A stretch of 57,610 nt of DNA from NCBI GenBank assembly GCA_029974275.1, contig JARKSN010000273.1, positions 1-57,610 on the forward strand, written 5' to 3'. The notes below the pieces were generated by a model, which saw only the letters and a program-made list of their open reading frames with translations, searched no databases and was not told the DNA's origin. The stretch comes from Candidatus Hydrogenedentota bacterium. Lineage in GTDB: Bacteria > Hydrogenedentota > Hydrogenedentia > Hydrogenedentales > SLHB01. The position numbers and the translations under genes were made by a program. Shown in pieces: positions 1 to 9,399 of the stretch. Each line of letters opens with the position of its first letter. Within the stretch, counting starts at the first letter, position 1.

Positions 1-782
1 TAGCGATGCGACGTGTACCAGTAGGGATGGCAGAAAATCGCCAACCCGCCGCCTTCCCGGATTTTGTTGAAGCACCATGCGCAGGAGGCGTACTGATAGG
101 AATCGACGCCTGGCGGAAATGGGCCAAGTTCCCGCTCCAAGCGCGCGACGTCCGATCGGTATTCGTCCGAAACGAACAGGTCGTTCACGCTGAAACGGCC
201 GCCAAAATTGATCATGTGAACGGGATTATTCGGAGGATGCACCTCTTCGCCTCGAAAGATGCGCAAGTCATGCTCAACGCCGCGAAATGCTTCCTGGGCC
301 TCGATGGACGGACCATATTGCTTGTGATCGGTGATCGCCATGAAATCAAGGCCAATCCTTCGGCATGCGCCTGCCACATACCCGGGCGTTTCCCGCCCGT
401 CCGATCGCGAACTGTGAATATGGAGATCGCCTTTGTACGCGCGGCGCGCGTACAGGTCTTCCTCGACCGAGTAGACGCGGAAATCGCCGACCTGTTTCCG
501 TTCCTCGCCGTTCAACGATTCGAGACAGATCGCGTGCTCCTGTTCCGCCTCGAAATACTGCGTGAAACGAATCGCGCCGTTTTCCGGTTTTGCGCGAATG
601 CGTGTGTTTTCCGGCCAGCCGCTGCGCTGGGCGAACTCCTCGGACGGGAAATAGGCAAGTTCATAGTCCAGATCGTCGCGGAACGCACTGTGATCGAACA
701 AGGGACGGATGACAATCTCGCTCGTCGCATTTGCGGGAACCACGCGCGGTGTTACGGAAAAGTAAATAATTTCGGGTTTCAT
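1..782 (-). CDS. PHP-domain metallohydrolase (CehA/McbA-like), runs off the left edge (3' partial)
   Basis: Not in the ORF track. My own translation from the ATG at 782 (ATGA overlap with the ABC-F stop) gives [15 protein letters not shown]...[13 protein letters not shown]...FMAITDH...GEEVH...CHPYW, which carries the PHP metal-binding motifs. The frame stays open to position 1. Confidence 0.85.
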   Translation of the reverse strand, partial: MKPEIIYFSVTPRVVPANATSEIVIRPLFDHSAFRDDLDYELAYFPSEEFAQRSGWPENTRIRAKPENGAIRFTQYFEAEQEHAICLESLNGEERKQVGDFRVYSVEEDLYARRAYKGDLHIHSSRSDGRETPGYVAGACRRIGLDFMAITDHKQYGPSIEAQEAFRGVEHDLRIFRGEEVHPPNNPVHMINFGGRFSVNDLFVSDEYRSDVARLERELGPFPPGVDSYQYASCAWCFNKIREGGGLAIFCHPYWYTSHR

Positions 783-2710
783 CCTTTCCCCTTTCCTTCC
801 AACTCCTCCCAACGCACATACAACGCGTCCACGTTTTTCCTGGCTCGCTCCAGCGACGCCAGCGCCTCTTGCACCGTTGCATAGGCTTGTTCATAGAACC
901 CCGGAGCAGCCAGCGCTTCTTCCAGGCGGGACGCTTCGGCCTCGGCCTTGTGGATGAGATCCTCGATGCCACCGAGTTCTTTCTGTTCCATGTAAGTCAG
1001 GCGAACACCCTTTGCGGCGGGCGGCGCTTTGGGCGCTTTCGCCTCCTCTTCCGCACGCCGCTCCCTCTCGTCCTCTGCGCGCCGTTGGCAATACAACAGA
1101 TAATCGTCATATCCGCCTGCCGTGAAAACCGTCTTGCCGTCTCCCTCGAACACAAGGATGTGCGTGCAGACGCGGTTCAGAAAGTAGCGGTCGTGGCTGA
1201 CGATCACCGCGCAGCCCTCGAACGCATCGATGGCTTCCTCGACCACGCGCAACGTCGCGAGGTCAAGGTCGTTCGTCGGCTCGTCCAACACCAGGAAATT
1301 GCCTCCCGCGAGAAACTTTTTCGCGAGATCGAGACGGTTTCGCTCGCCTCCGGACAAATTGCGCATCGGCGTGCGAATGGACTCACGATCGAAAAGGAAG
1401 CTTTCAAGATATGCAGGGATATGAATGGTTCGGCCCCGCACATCCACTTCGATACGGCCCCCTGAAATGTGATGCAGGATGCTTCGATCCGGGTCGATGG
1501 TCTCGTGCGACTGATCGACGTATAGGAACTCCGTCGCCTCCCCCGTAACGATTCTTCCCGAGTCCGGCGGTTCGAGCCCCATCAACACGCGCAACAACGT
1601 CGTTTTGCCGGAACCGTTCGGCCCGAAAACGCCGACGCGCATCTCCTTTTGCATAATCAACGTCAGTTCGCGAAAAAGAACCCTATCGCCATACGAGCGG
1701 GCGATCTTGTCGATTTCAAGAATCTGTTTGCCCAGACGTCGGGAATGCGGAATCTGGAATGTGAATTCACGCTCCGTTGGCGGCAGTCCCTGCTCTTCCA
1801 GTTCATGATAGCGATCGATGCGCGCCTTCTGTTTTGTCGCGCGCGCCTTGGGGCCGCGCCGCAACCACGCCAGTTCGCGGCGCATCGTGGCGCGACGGTT
1901 CGCCTCCGAACGCGCCTCGTGCTCTTGACGAAGCGCCTTGTATTCCAGAAAACGCTCATAATTGCCGGGATACGAAACCAGCTTTGTGAACTCGATTTCC
2001 ACGATGCGGTTCACGATGCGATCGAGAAAGTAGCGGTCGTGCGTCACAAGAATGCAACTTCCGCCGTAGCCTTGCAAAAACTCCTCGATCCACGCCGCGC
2101 TCCGCACGTCAATATGGTTCGTCGGCTCGTCGAGCAACAGCAAATCAGGTCGGCGCAAGATCGTGGCGGCGAGATCGACGCGACGCAGTTCGCCGCCCGA
2201 CAAACTGGCCAGACCGCGCGTCGGCTCGGGCAAATCAAGCGCGATGCCGACGCGGCGAATGTCGTGCTCCGCATTCCACGCGCCGGTCAGTTCGAGTTCG
2301 TGTTCCAGCGCAGTGAACCGCGCTTCGGCGCGCGCGCGCATCGACGTGCCGGGGGCGATTTCAAAGATTTCCGACGAAAGCGCATGGTATTCATCCAACA
2401 ACGCCTTTACGTCATCCCCGGCATGCTGCAACACCTCCCCCACGCTCAGCGACGGATCGATGCGGCACTGCTGCTCGAGCATCGCCACGCGCAACCCCTG
2501 CATGCGCGTCACAATCCCGTCCTCGGGCACTTCCATGCCGGTCATGATCCGCAACAGCGTCGATTTGCCCGAACCGTTGCTGCCGATGAGACCTATGCGG
2601 TCACCCTCATGAATCGTCAGCGACACCGAATCCAGCACCTGCTGCGCGCCATAACGCTTCGAGACAGCCTGCACACTCAAGATCGCCGCCGTCGTCCTAT
2701 CGCTGCTCAT
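779..2710 (-). CDS. uup: ABC-F family ATPase, Uup-like
   Basis: Two ABC cassettes (GSNGSGKST and [14 protein letters not shown] twice; LDEPTN twice; THDRYFL and SHDRYFL), no TM segments, and a C-terminal coiled coil. Start taken at ATG 2710. Confidence 0.88.
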   Translation of the reverse strand: MSSDRTTAAILSVQAVSKRYGAQQVLDSVSLTIHEGDRIGLIGSNGSGKSTLLRIMTGMEVPEDGIVTRMQGLRVAMLEQQCRIDPSLSVGEVLQHAGDDVKALLDEYHALSSEIFEIAPGTSMRARAEARFTALEHELELTGAWNAEHDIRRVGIALDLPEPTRGLASLSGGELRRVDLAATILRRPDLLLLDEPTNHIDVRSAAWIEEFLQGYGGSCILVTHDRYFLDRIVNRIVEIEFTKLVSYPGNYERFLEYKALRQEHEARSEANRRATMRRELAWLRRGPKARATKQKARIDRYHELEEQGLPPTEREFTFQIPHSRRLGKQILEIDKIARSYGDRVLFRELTLIMQKEMRVGVFGPNGSGKTTLLRVLMGLEPPDSGRIVTGEATEFLYVDQSHETIDPDRSILHHISGGRIEVDVRGRTIHIPAYLESFLFDRESIRTPMRNLSGGERNRLDLAKKFLAGGNFLVLDEPTNDLDLATLRVVEEAIDAFEGCAVIVSHDRYFLNRVCTHILVFEGDGKTVFTAGGYDDYLLYCQRRAEDERERRAEEEAKAPKAPPAAKGVRLTYMEQKELGGIEDLIHKAEAEASRLEEALAAPGFYEQAYATVQEALASLERARKNVDALYVRWEELEGKGKG

Positions 2711-2945
2711 GCCCCAGACCGTCCTTCCGCCTTCAAAGTCGCCCAATCAAGCGCAGAAGGATAGCATTTCGGAATGTCTCACCGCGAAATTCCTGAGGCT
2801 CCTTTGCATTGGAGCGCCTCCTCAGGACTGGCATTCGGGAGGGGTTTCCTTAGCGCAATCCACGGAAAAGATGAACCGTTCCCGCCAAATATGTATCCTA
2901 TCGCCTTTCAATCGGCATGGTTTTGCAGACAGATTCGAGGAAACA

Positions 2946-4412
2946 ATGAGCAACGTTCGCGTCCGTATTGCCCCTTCTCCCACAGGATTTCTCCACATTG
3001 GAACGGCAAAGACAGCCCTCATCAACTGGCTGTTCGCGCGGAAGACCGGAGGCACGTTTATCCTGCGGCTGGAGGACACCGACGTCGAGCGCAGCAAGGA
3101 CGAGTACGCGGAAGCGATGTGCGAGGGCCTTCAGTGGCTGGGCATCGATTGGGACGAGGGGCCGGAATTCGGCGGTGTGCCGGAGAAGGGCGCCCTAGGG
3201 CCATACAAGCAGTCGATGCGCAAAGACCTCTACATCCAGGAAGCGAATCGCCTGCTTGCCGAGGGCAAGGCGTATAAGTGTTTCTGCACAAAGGAAGAAC
3301 TCGATGCGATGCGCGAGAAGGCCGCCGCGGAAAAACGTCCGCCGCGCTACGAAGGTCCCTGGCGCGATGCGTCGTCAGAGCAAGTCGCCGCGATGGGCGA
3401 TGCGCCGTATGCCGTCCGTTTCCGCGTGCCTGAGGGCGTGACGGAGATCCTCGACTTGGTACAAGGCACGGTCCGCATCGAGAACAAAGAGATCGACGAC
3501 TTCATCATCGTCAAGCCGAACGGCGAGCCGCTTTTCCATTTGGCGGTCGTCGTGGACGACGGCCTGATGCAGATCACGCACGTGATGCGCGGCGATGACC
3601 ACCTGACCAACGCGGTGCGCCATGTGTTGTTGTTCAAGGCCTTGGGCTACGCGTTGCCGCAGTTCGCGCATCTGCCGATGGTGCTCGACGAGACCGGCAA
3701 GAAATACAGCAAGCGCTTGCACGGCGCAAATGTCTTGGATTGGCGCGATGACGGGTATCTGCCGGAGACCATCATCAATTACGTCGTGCTCCTGGGGTGG
3801 ACGCCCGCCGAAGAAGGGCGGGAATTGTTCTCGCGCGAGGAATTGATCGAGGCCTTCACGCTCGATCGCCTAGGACAGTCCGCCGCGAAGTTCGACCTGA
3901 AAAAACTCCAGTGGCTCAACGGTCAGCATATCCGTCGCTTGACACCAGAGAGCCTGCGCGATCGCGTGCTGCCGATTTTGCAGAAGGCAGGACTCGATGC
4001 TTTGTCGAAATCGCCGGAATGGTTGGCAAAGATGGCCGCCATTTGCCAGGAAAAGATACCGACACTGAACGACATCGTCGCGTACACCGATTTCTTCTTC
4101 CGCGACGTCGAGGCGTATGAGGAAAAGGCCGTGAACAAACACTTCAAGGCCGAGGGTGCAGTCGAACGTGTCAGCGCGTTGCGCGAGATGATGGCGTCGG
4201 TCGCGACGTGGGACCACGATACGCTCAAGGCTGCGTACGAAGCGAAGGCGGCGGAGAGCGGCTTTAGCCTCGGCCAGTTTGTCCATCCCACGCGCCTCGC
4301 ATTGACCGGCAAGAGCGTCGGGCCTGGACTCTTCGAGTTGGCGGAGTTGCTGGGCAAAGACACGTGCCTGGCACGGATGGACAAGGCAATCGCGTATATC
4401 AAATCGCTTTAA
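2946..4412 (+). CDS. gltX: glutamate--tRNA ligase
   Basis: Motifs RIAPSPTGFLHIG, RLEDTD, RGDDH and KYSKR. A GAGG RBS lies before ATG 2946. Confidence 0.95.
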   Translation: MSNVRVRIAPSPTGFLHIGTAKTALINWLFARKTGGTFILRLEDTDVERSKDEYAEAMCEGLQWLGIDWDEGPEFGGVPEKGALGPYKQSMRKDLYIQEANRLLAEGKAYKCFCTKEELDAMREKAAAEKRPPRYEGPWRDASSEQVAAMGDAPYAVRFRVPEGVTEILDLVQGTVRIENKEIDDFIIVKPNGEPLFHLAVVVDDGLMQITHVMRGDDHLTNAVRHVLLFKALGYALPQFAHLPMVLDETGKKYSKRLHGANVLDWRDDGYLPETIINYVVLLGWTPAEEGRELFSREELIEAFTLDRLGQSAAKFDLKKLQWLNGQHIRRLTPESLRDRVLPILQKAGLDALSKSPEWLAKMAAICQEKIPTLNDIVAYTDFFFRDVEAYEEKAVNKHFKAEGAVERVSALREMMASVATWDHDTLKAAYEAKAAESGFSLGQFVHPTRLALTGKSVGPGLFELAELLGKDTCLARMDKAIAYIKSL

Positions 4413-4422
4413 GAGAAGAGCA

Positions 4423-4579
4423 TTAACACAAAGACGCCAAGAAACAAAGGCACAAAGGAAGAGAAGAGAGAAATTTAACGCAAAGACGCAAAGGCGCAGA
4501 GGACGGAACCTCGAGAGTTCTTTTGCCGCCTTACTCTTTTCTCTGTGTTCCTCTGTGTCCTTTGTGTCTCTGTGGTGAA
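4423..4579. repeat. short-period (8-10 nt) RCRCARAG tandem repeats arranged as two direct arms plus one inverted arm
   Basis: Arm 1: TTA-ACACAAAG-ACGCCAAG-AAACAAAG-GCACAAAG. Arm 2: TTA-ACGCAAAG-ACGCAAAG-GCGCAGAG. Complementary arm: CTCTGTGTTC-CTCTGTGTC-CTTTGTGT-CTCTGTGGTGAA. Confidence 0.8.
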
Positions 4580-4599
4580 TCTTAAATTAGGAGGCATCG

Positions 4600-5580
4600 G
4601 TGAGCAAGGTAGTCATTGGCGTTGATTTGGGCGGCACGAATGCGCGGGCCGCGGTCGTCACTCCGGAAGGGAAATTGTTGAGCCGCGATTCGCGGGCGAC
4701 CAACGCGGCGGGCGGGCCTGAGGCCGTTATGGCGGCGATGGAAGCCTCCATCGACGCGGCGTTGCAGGAGGCCGGTCTGACGCGTGCGGACGTGTTGTCC
4801 GGTGCCATTGGCGCGCCCGGGCCGCTGAATTGGCAGACGGGTGTGGTCTATACGCCCCCGAATTTGCCGGGCTGGAACAATGTTCCGTTGGCGGACCTGA
4901 TGACGAATCGCATGGGCTTTCCCGTGTTTGTCGAGAACGACGCGAACGTCGCGTGCTACGGCGAATATTGGTCGGGCGCGGCGCGCGGCGCGGAGTCGGT
5001 ATGCCTGTTGACGCTCGGCACCGGCGTGGGCGGCGGGCTGGTCGTGTTCGGCAAACTCGTGCGCGGTATCGACGGCACGGCGGCGGAGACGGGGCATGTG
5101 TGCGTCGTGCGCGACGGACGTCAGTGCAACTGCGGCGCAAAAGGGTGTATCGAGGCCTATGCGTCCGTAACGGGCATGGTCCGCACGGCGGTCGAGGGCA
5201 TTGAGGCGGGCAAGACGACGATCCTCACGGAGATGTGCGGCGGCGATTTGACGCAACTCACCGGCAAGATGATCTCCGACGCGATTGAACAAGGCGACGA
5301 GTTCGCGAAATGGGTGATGACGGAAACCGGCATCTACCTCGGCACGGCTATCGGCAGTCTGATTAACCTCCTCAACCCGGAGAAGGTCGTGCTCTACGGC
5401 GGTATGACGGCCGCCGGCGACGTGTTGTTGAATCCCATCCGCGAGACCGCACTCAAGCAGAGCTTCGAGGTGCCCGGTAAACGCGCGCAAATCGTTTTGG
5501 CCGAACTCGGCGGCGACGCCGGCGTCATTGGCGCGGCAGGCTGTGCATACCAACGGTGGCAGGATTCGCAGGGGAAATAG
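4600..5580 (+). CDS. ROK family sugar kinase (glucokinase-like)
   Basis: Motifs GVDLGGTN, ENDAN, TLGTGVGGG, ETGH and the CNCG..GCIE zinc site. GGAGG RBS before the GTG start. Confidence 0.92.
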   Translation: MSKVVIGVDLGGTNARAAVVTPEGKLLSRDSRATNAAGGPEAVMAAMEASIDAALQEAGLTRADVLSGAIGAPGPLNWQTGVVYTPPNLPGWNNVPLADLMTNRMGFPVFVENDANVACYGEYWSGAARGAESVCLLTLGTGVGGGLVVFGKLVRGIDGTAAETGHVCVVRDGRQCNCGAKGCIEAYASVTGMVRTAVEGIEAGKTTILTEMCGGDLTQLTGKMISDAIEQGDEFAKWVMTETGIYLGTAIGSLINLLNPEKVVLYGGMTAAGDVLLNPIRETALKQSFEVPGKRAQIVLAELGGDAGVIGAAGCAYQRWQDSQGK

Positions 5581-5709
5581 GCGAAGAGGTTCCAGAAGAT
5601 GGAACCTGCGATTGACGATTTTGGGGTCCCATGTGAGCGGGACCTTCTAGTGTTCGATGCGCATGTTTTTGAGAACTCCAGAAAGGCGATATAGTCGCTT
5701 CTTGAGGAG

Positions 5710-6339
5710 ATGCAGGTGATAGCAATCGTAGACTACAGGGCGGGCAACTTGACCAGCGTGCGGTTGGCGCTGGAGGCGCTGGGCGTTGAAGCGAGGGTCA
5801 CGGGAAGCGCGGCGATTATCGCCGAAGCGGATCGCGTGATCTTTCCGGGCGTCGGCGCGGCGTCCGAGGCCATGCGCAATATCCGCGAACTGAATATCGA
5901 GAGCACGTTGCGGTCGGTGATTGCGGCGGGTACGCCGTTCCTCGGCATTTGCCTAGGCACGCAGATCATCTTCGAGTTCAGCGAGGAAGACGGCGGCACG
6001 CCGTGCCTGGGCATCATTCCCGGGCGTGTCCCGCGTTTTCAGCCGACGGATTGGCGCGACAAAGTGCCGCAGATTGGCTGGAACAATGTCACGCTACGAA
6101 GACGACATCCGCTCTTCGACGGCATCAAGGACAACAGCGAGTTCTATTTCGTCCACAGTTACTATCCTGCGCCCAGCGATGCGACGTATATCGTCGGCGA
6201 GACGGAGTATGCCGGTACGCGCTTTGCCGCGGCCGTTGGGAAGGGCAACCTGTTCGCCACGCAATTTCACCCCGAACGTTCGGGCCGCGTAGGCCTGAAA
6301 CTCCTCGAAAATTTCACGAAGTGGGACGGCACATGCTGA
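5710..6339 (+). CDS. hisH: imidazole glycerol phosphate synthase glutaminase subunit
   Basis: Motifs DYRAGN, PGVG, GICLG, FYFVHSY and QFHPE. Confidence 0.95.
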   Translation: MQVIAIVDYRAGNLTSVRLALEALGVEARVTGSAAIIAEADRVIFPGVGAASEAMRNIRELNIESTLRSVIAAGTPFLGICLGTQIIFEFSEEDGGTPCLGIIPGRVPRFQPTDWRDKVPQIGWNNVTLRRRHPLFDGIKDNSEFYFVHSYYPAPSDATYIVGETEYAGTRFAAAVGKGNLFATQFHPERSGRVGLKLLENFTKWDGTC

Positions 6340-7112
6340 CGAAACGCGTCATTCCTTGCCTGGACGTCCGTAACAAAAAAGTGACGAAGGGCGTCAAATT
6401 CCAGAACAATATCGATCTCGGCGATCCGGTCGAGATGGCAGTCGCCTATAGCGACGGCGGCTGCGATGAGCTCGTGTTTTACGATATTACCGCGAGCGCA
6501 GAACGGAGGCCCATCGACATCGAGATGGTGCGCGAAGTGGCGCGGGCTGTGCGGATACCGTTTGCGGTTGGCGGCGGCATCGAGACCATCGAGGACATGC
6601 GCCGCGTGCTGTTGGCGGGCGCCGAAAAGGTCAGCGTGAACTCACTGGCCGTGCGCAATCCACAAATCATCGCCGACGGCGCCAAAGCGTTCGGCAATCA
6701 GTGCATTGTGCTCGGCATGGACCCTGTGAAGGTTGTGGGCGACCCGCGTTTCCCGAGCGGCTACGAGATCACCACGCGCGGGTTCCGCGAACGCACCGGC
6801 ATGGACGCGCTCGAATGGGCCAAGCGCGCGGTGGATTTGGGCGCGGGCGAGATCGTCGTGAATTCCGTTGATGCCGACGGCACGCGCAACGGCTTCGAAC
6901 TGACATTGACGCACATGATCGCGATCAACGTTGGCGTGCCGGTGGTGGCATCCGGTGGCGCGGGCACTCCGCAACACCTTATCGATGTCTTTCAGCAAGC
7001 CGAAGCCGACGCCGCCATCATCGCGAGCATGATCCACACCGGCGAATACACCATCGCCGCGATCAAGGACGAACTCGTAAAAGCAGGCGTCCCAACGCGC
7101 ATGACGTGGTGA
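6333..7112 (+). CDS. hisF: imidazole glycerol phosphate synthase cyclase subunit
   Basis: Starts MLTKRVIPCLDV at ATG 6333. Motifs DELVFYDITAS, GGGI, DADGT and ASGGAG. Confidence 0.95.
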   Translation: MLTKRVIPCLDVRNKKVTKGVKFQNNIDLGDPVEMAVAYSDGGCDELVFYDITASAERRPIDIEMVREVARAVRIPFAVGGGIETIEDMRRVLLAGAEKVSVNSLAVRNPQIIADGAKAFGNQCIVLGMDPVKVVGDPRFPSGYEITTRGFRERTGMDALEWAKRAVDLGAGEIVVNSVDADGTRNGFELTLTHMIAINVGVPVVASGGAGTPQHLIDVFQQAEADAAIIASMIHTGEYTIAAIKDELVKAGVPTRMTW

Positions 7113-8050
7113 CCGACGTGATTCTCGCCGTTACCCCGAATCCATGTGTGGACAAGACCGTGTTCATCGACACGATCGAGGTGGGCACGTTCATGCGGGC
7201 GTCGCGGTTCTCGTGTGTGCCCGGCGGGAAGGGCAACAACGTCGCGCGGGCGGTGCACACGATGGGGCGCGCCGCGAAGGCATTTATGGTTGTCGGCGGG
7301 CACACCGGCGCGCATGTCGTCGATATGATCCAGCATGACGATGGCGTCGAGGCCGTGCCCGTGTGGGTGCAATCGCCGACGCGCACAATCACGACGGTGC
7401 TCGAAGAAAGCGTCCATCGGCAAACGGCCTTCTTCGAACCGGGGTCACGCATCACGCCGGAAGAAGAGCAAGCGATCAGGACGGTCTTCGCCAACGCCGT
7501 GCAGGGCACGACGGTCGTCACGTTCAACGGCACGGTGTCGGACAAAAGCATCCAAACGTTATATCGCGATTTAGTTCCGATAGCGAAGGCCGCAGGCGCG
7601 CTGACGATTCTGGATACGCACGGACCCGAGTTGGCGCATGGAATCGATGCCGCGCCGTATATGGTGAAACCGAACGTCGCCGAGGCCGCTGAACTTGTCG
7701 GATATCCGCTCGACACGCTGGAAGCGAAACACGACGCGCTTGCCTTCTTCCACCAACGCGGCGTGTCCCTCGTTGTCTTGTCGATGGGCAAAGAGGGTTT
7801 CCTGGTTTCAGACGGCGCGAAACGCTATCACGTTCTCCCCCCCGCTATCGAGGAAATCAATCCCGTGGGCAGCGGAGATTGTCTTGTCGCGGGGTTTGCA
7901 ATTGGGTTGATGGAAGGACTCTCCCTCGAAGAGACAGCTACGCTCGGTTGCGCCATGGGCACGGCCAACGCGATGACCTGGAACATCGGCCACTTCGACC
8001 TGCAACAACTTCCTTTCCTCCGGGATCGCGTAGTCTTACAACCGACTTAA
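7106..8050 (+). CDS. 1-phosphofructokinase/tagatose-6-phosphate kinase family hexose kinase (PfkB)
   Basis: Motifs TPNPCVD, GGKGNNV, KPN and NPVGSGD. The GTG start overlaps the end of hisF. Confidence 0.9.
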   Translation: MVTDVILAVTPNPCVDKTVFIDTIEVGTFMRASRFSCVPGGKGNNVARAVHTMGRAAKAFMVVGGHTGAHVVDMIQHDDGVEAVPVWVQSPTRTITTVLEESVHRQTAFFEPGSRITPEEEQAIRTVFANAVQGTTVVTFNGTVSDKSIQTLYRDLVPIAKAAGALTILDTHGPELAHGIDAAPYMVKPNVAEAAELVGYPLDTLEAKHDALAFFHQRGVSLVVLSMGKEGFLVSDGAKRYHVLPPAIEEINPVGSGDCLVAGFAIGLMEGLSLEETATLGCAMGTANAMTWNIGHFDLQQLPFLRDRVVLQPT

Positions 8051-8164
8051 GTCATACGAAGAAAAGCAGACATGAACGTTTCTGTTTTTTCATATAACGA
8101 CAACCCTTTCTAAAACCGATACTTACAGAAAAATTCTTCAAAACGAGCTTCCCGTTTTTTTCTC

Positions 8165-8193
8165 TTGACAAAAATAATATAGGGGTATAGACT
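8165..8193 (+). promoter_or_regulatory. sigma70-type promoter upstream of the SGNH hydrolase
   Basis: TTGACA-17 nt-TAGACT in an AT-rich intergenic stretch. Confidence 0.6.
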
Positions 8194-8335
8194 ACGCCTG
8201 TTGGTGCGCGCAGGGCTTACGCTGGCCACCACAATACGAAAGGCTCTGTAGGTTGGGTGCGGAAGTGGACGATCCGAATGTGGGAAGGCGATATTGCCAA
8301 GGATCGATCCAAAACAACGAAAGGGGGCAGTGTTG

Positions 8336-9193
8336 ATGCGAGTGAACAAGCATAAGTGGATGGTGGTTGCCGTGGCGCTTGTTGTAATGCTTGGGATTGC
8401 CACAAGTGCGCACGCGGCCAAACGCGTTCTGCTGGTGGGCGACAGCTGGGCGCAGCTGATGTGGAAGTATAAATCCCTAAGCACGAATTTCAAATCCTTT
8501 GGCGTCGGGTTCGCCACCGAGGATGGAACCTTTACGGCTATCGGCGCGACGACAGCGGCCTTTTGGGCGGGCAACATAGGATCGATCCAGGCCCAACTTG
8601 CCGCCAACCCCACTATTGATTGCGTCGATCTGGTGATCGGCGGCAACGACATGTGGGTGTGGAACACCTCGTGGTCGGAAGCCCAAAAGACCGCGCTGCT
8701 CGACTCTGTCCAGGCCAATCTGTGGGCCATCTGTCAGGCATGCCTGGCCGTGCGTCCGAACATTCAGGTCGTGCTGCACGGGTATGACTACATCAACCTG
8801 TTCGACACCGTGATGAAAGACCCGTTTGGCGCAGCCGGACTTCTTTGGTTCGGATTGGGACAGCCCATGCCCGCACAAATCAACTGGCTGTTCCTGGGAC
8901 TCGATGAGCGCAAAAAGGCCCTGACGGCCTACAACCCCCGCATCAAGTACGTGCAGTGCAACGGCACCTTGCAGGTCGTGGGCGGCTACTCGGCCAACAT
9001 TCCCGGACAGGCCCCTGGCTATGTTCCGTGGCCGGGCGGCGATCCCAATCTGCCCAGTCCTGTCAAATTCTTCGCGCCGCTCTCGGGAGGCAAGTACGAT
9101 CCGATTCACCTGAGCCAGGAAGGTTACAAGTGGCATTCCTGGATGGCTACGGCCGCGTTCTATAATGCCTGGTTCAGGACCTACCCCTATTGA
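8336..9193 (+). CDS. secreted SGNH/GDSL-family hydrolase
   Basis: Sec signal peptide ending in AHA. SGNH blocks GDSW (I), GGND (III) and DPIH (V). Confidence 0.8.
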   Translation: MRVNKHKWMVVAVALVVMLGIATSAHAAKRVLLVGDSWAQLMWKYKSLSTNFKSFGVGFATEDGTFTAIGATTAAFWAGNIGSIQAQLAANPTIDCVDLVIGGNDMWVWNTSWSEAQKTALLDSVQANLWAICQACLAVRPNIQVVLHGYDYINLFDTVMKDPFGAAGLLWFGLGQPMPAQINWLFLGLDERKKALTAYNPRIKYVQCNGTLQVVGGYSANIPGQAPGYVPWPGGDPNLPSPVKFFAPLSGGKYDPIHLSQEGYKWHSWMATAAFYNAWFRTYPY

Positions 9194-9399
9194 TCACAAC
9201 AAGGCGTGCTTGATGCGTCAAAGGCGGCTCAGCCGAACCCGGTTGATGCCGCCTTTGGCGCATTATCCCGTCGAGCCTCTTTCCGCAACCACGGCGCTTT
9301 CGAGGCACACGTGCATCGAGGCGTCGCGCAGAGTATATTGGGGCGCGTCTCCAAGTCAGACAACACGAGCAACCACGTAAACAGGATGGATATCCACCC

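Noticed and set aside
6..884. 292-aa + strand ORF
   Set aside because: Antisense shadow of the PHP gene and the ABC-F end; it has no motifs of its own.
869..2764. Long + strand ORFs opposite the ABC-F, and similar long antisense ORFs opposite the ROK kinase, prepilin, pilC, paaK and PfkB genes
   Set aside because: Typical stop-poor antisense frames in GC-rich coding DNA; the opposite strand carries clear family motifs.
2991..3717. GltX signatures HIGT and KYSKR differing from HIGH/KMSKS
   Set aside because: These fall within normal GluRS variation (HIGG/HIGT, KLSKR), so they are not evidence of an altered function.
4423..4579. Possible CRISPR array
   Set aside because: The units are 8-10 nt and contiguous, with no unique spacers, and there are no cas genes.
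8194..8335. Possible riboswitch in the SGNH hydrolase leader
   Set aside because: Only weak pairing, and I could not match the consensus of any known riboswitch class by eye.
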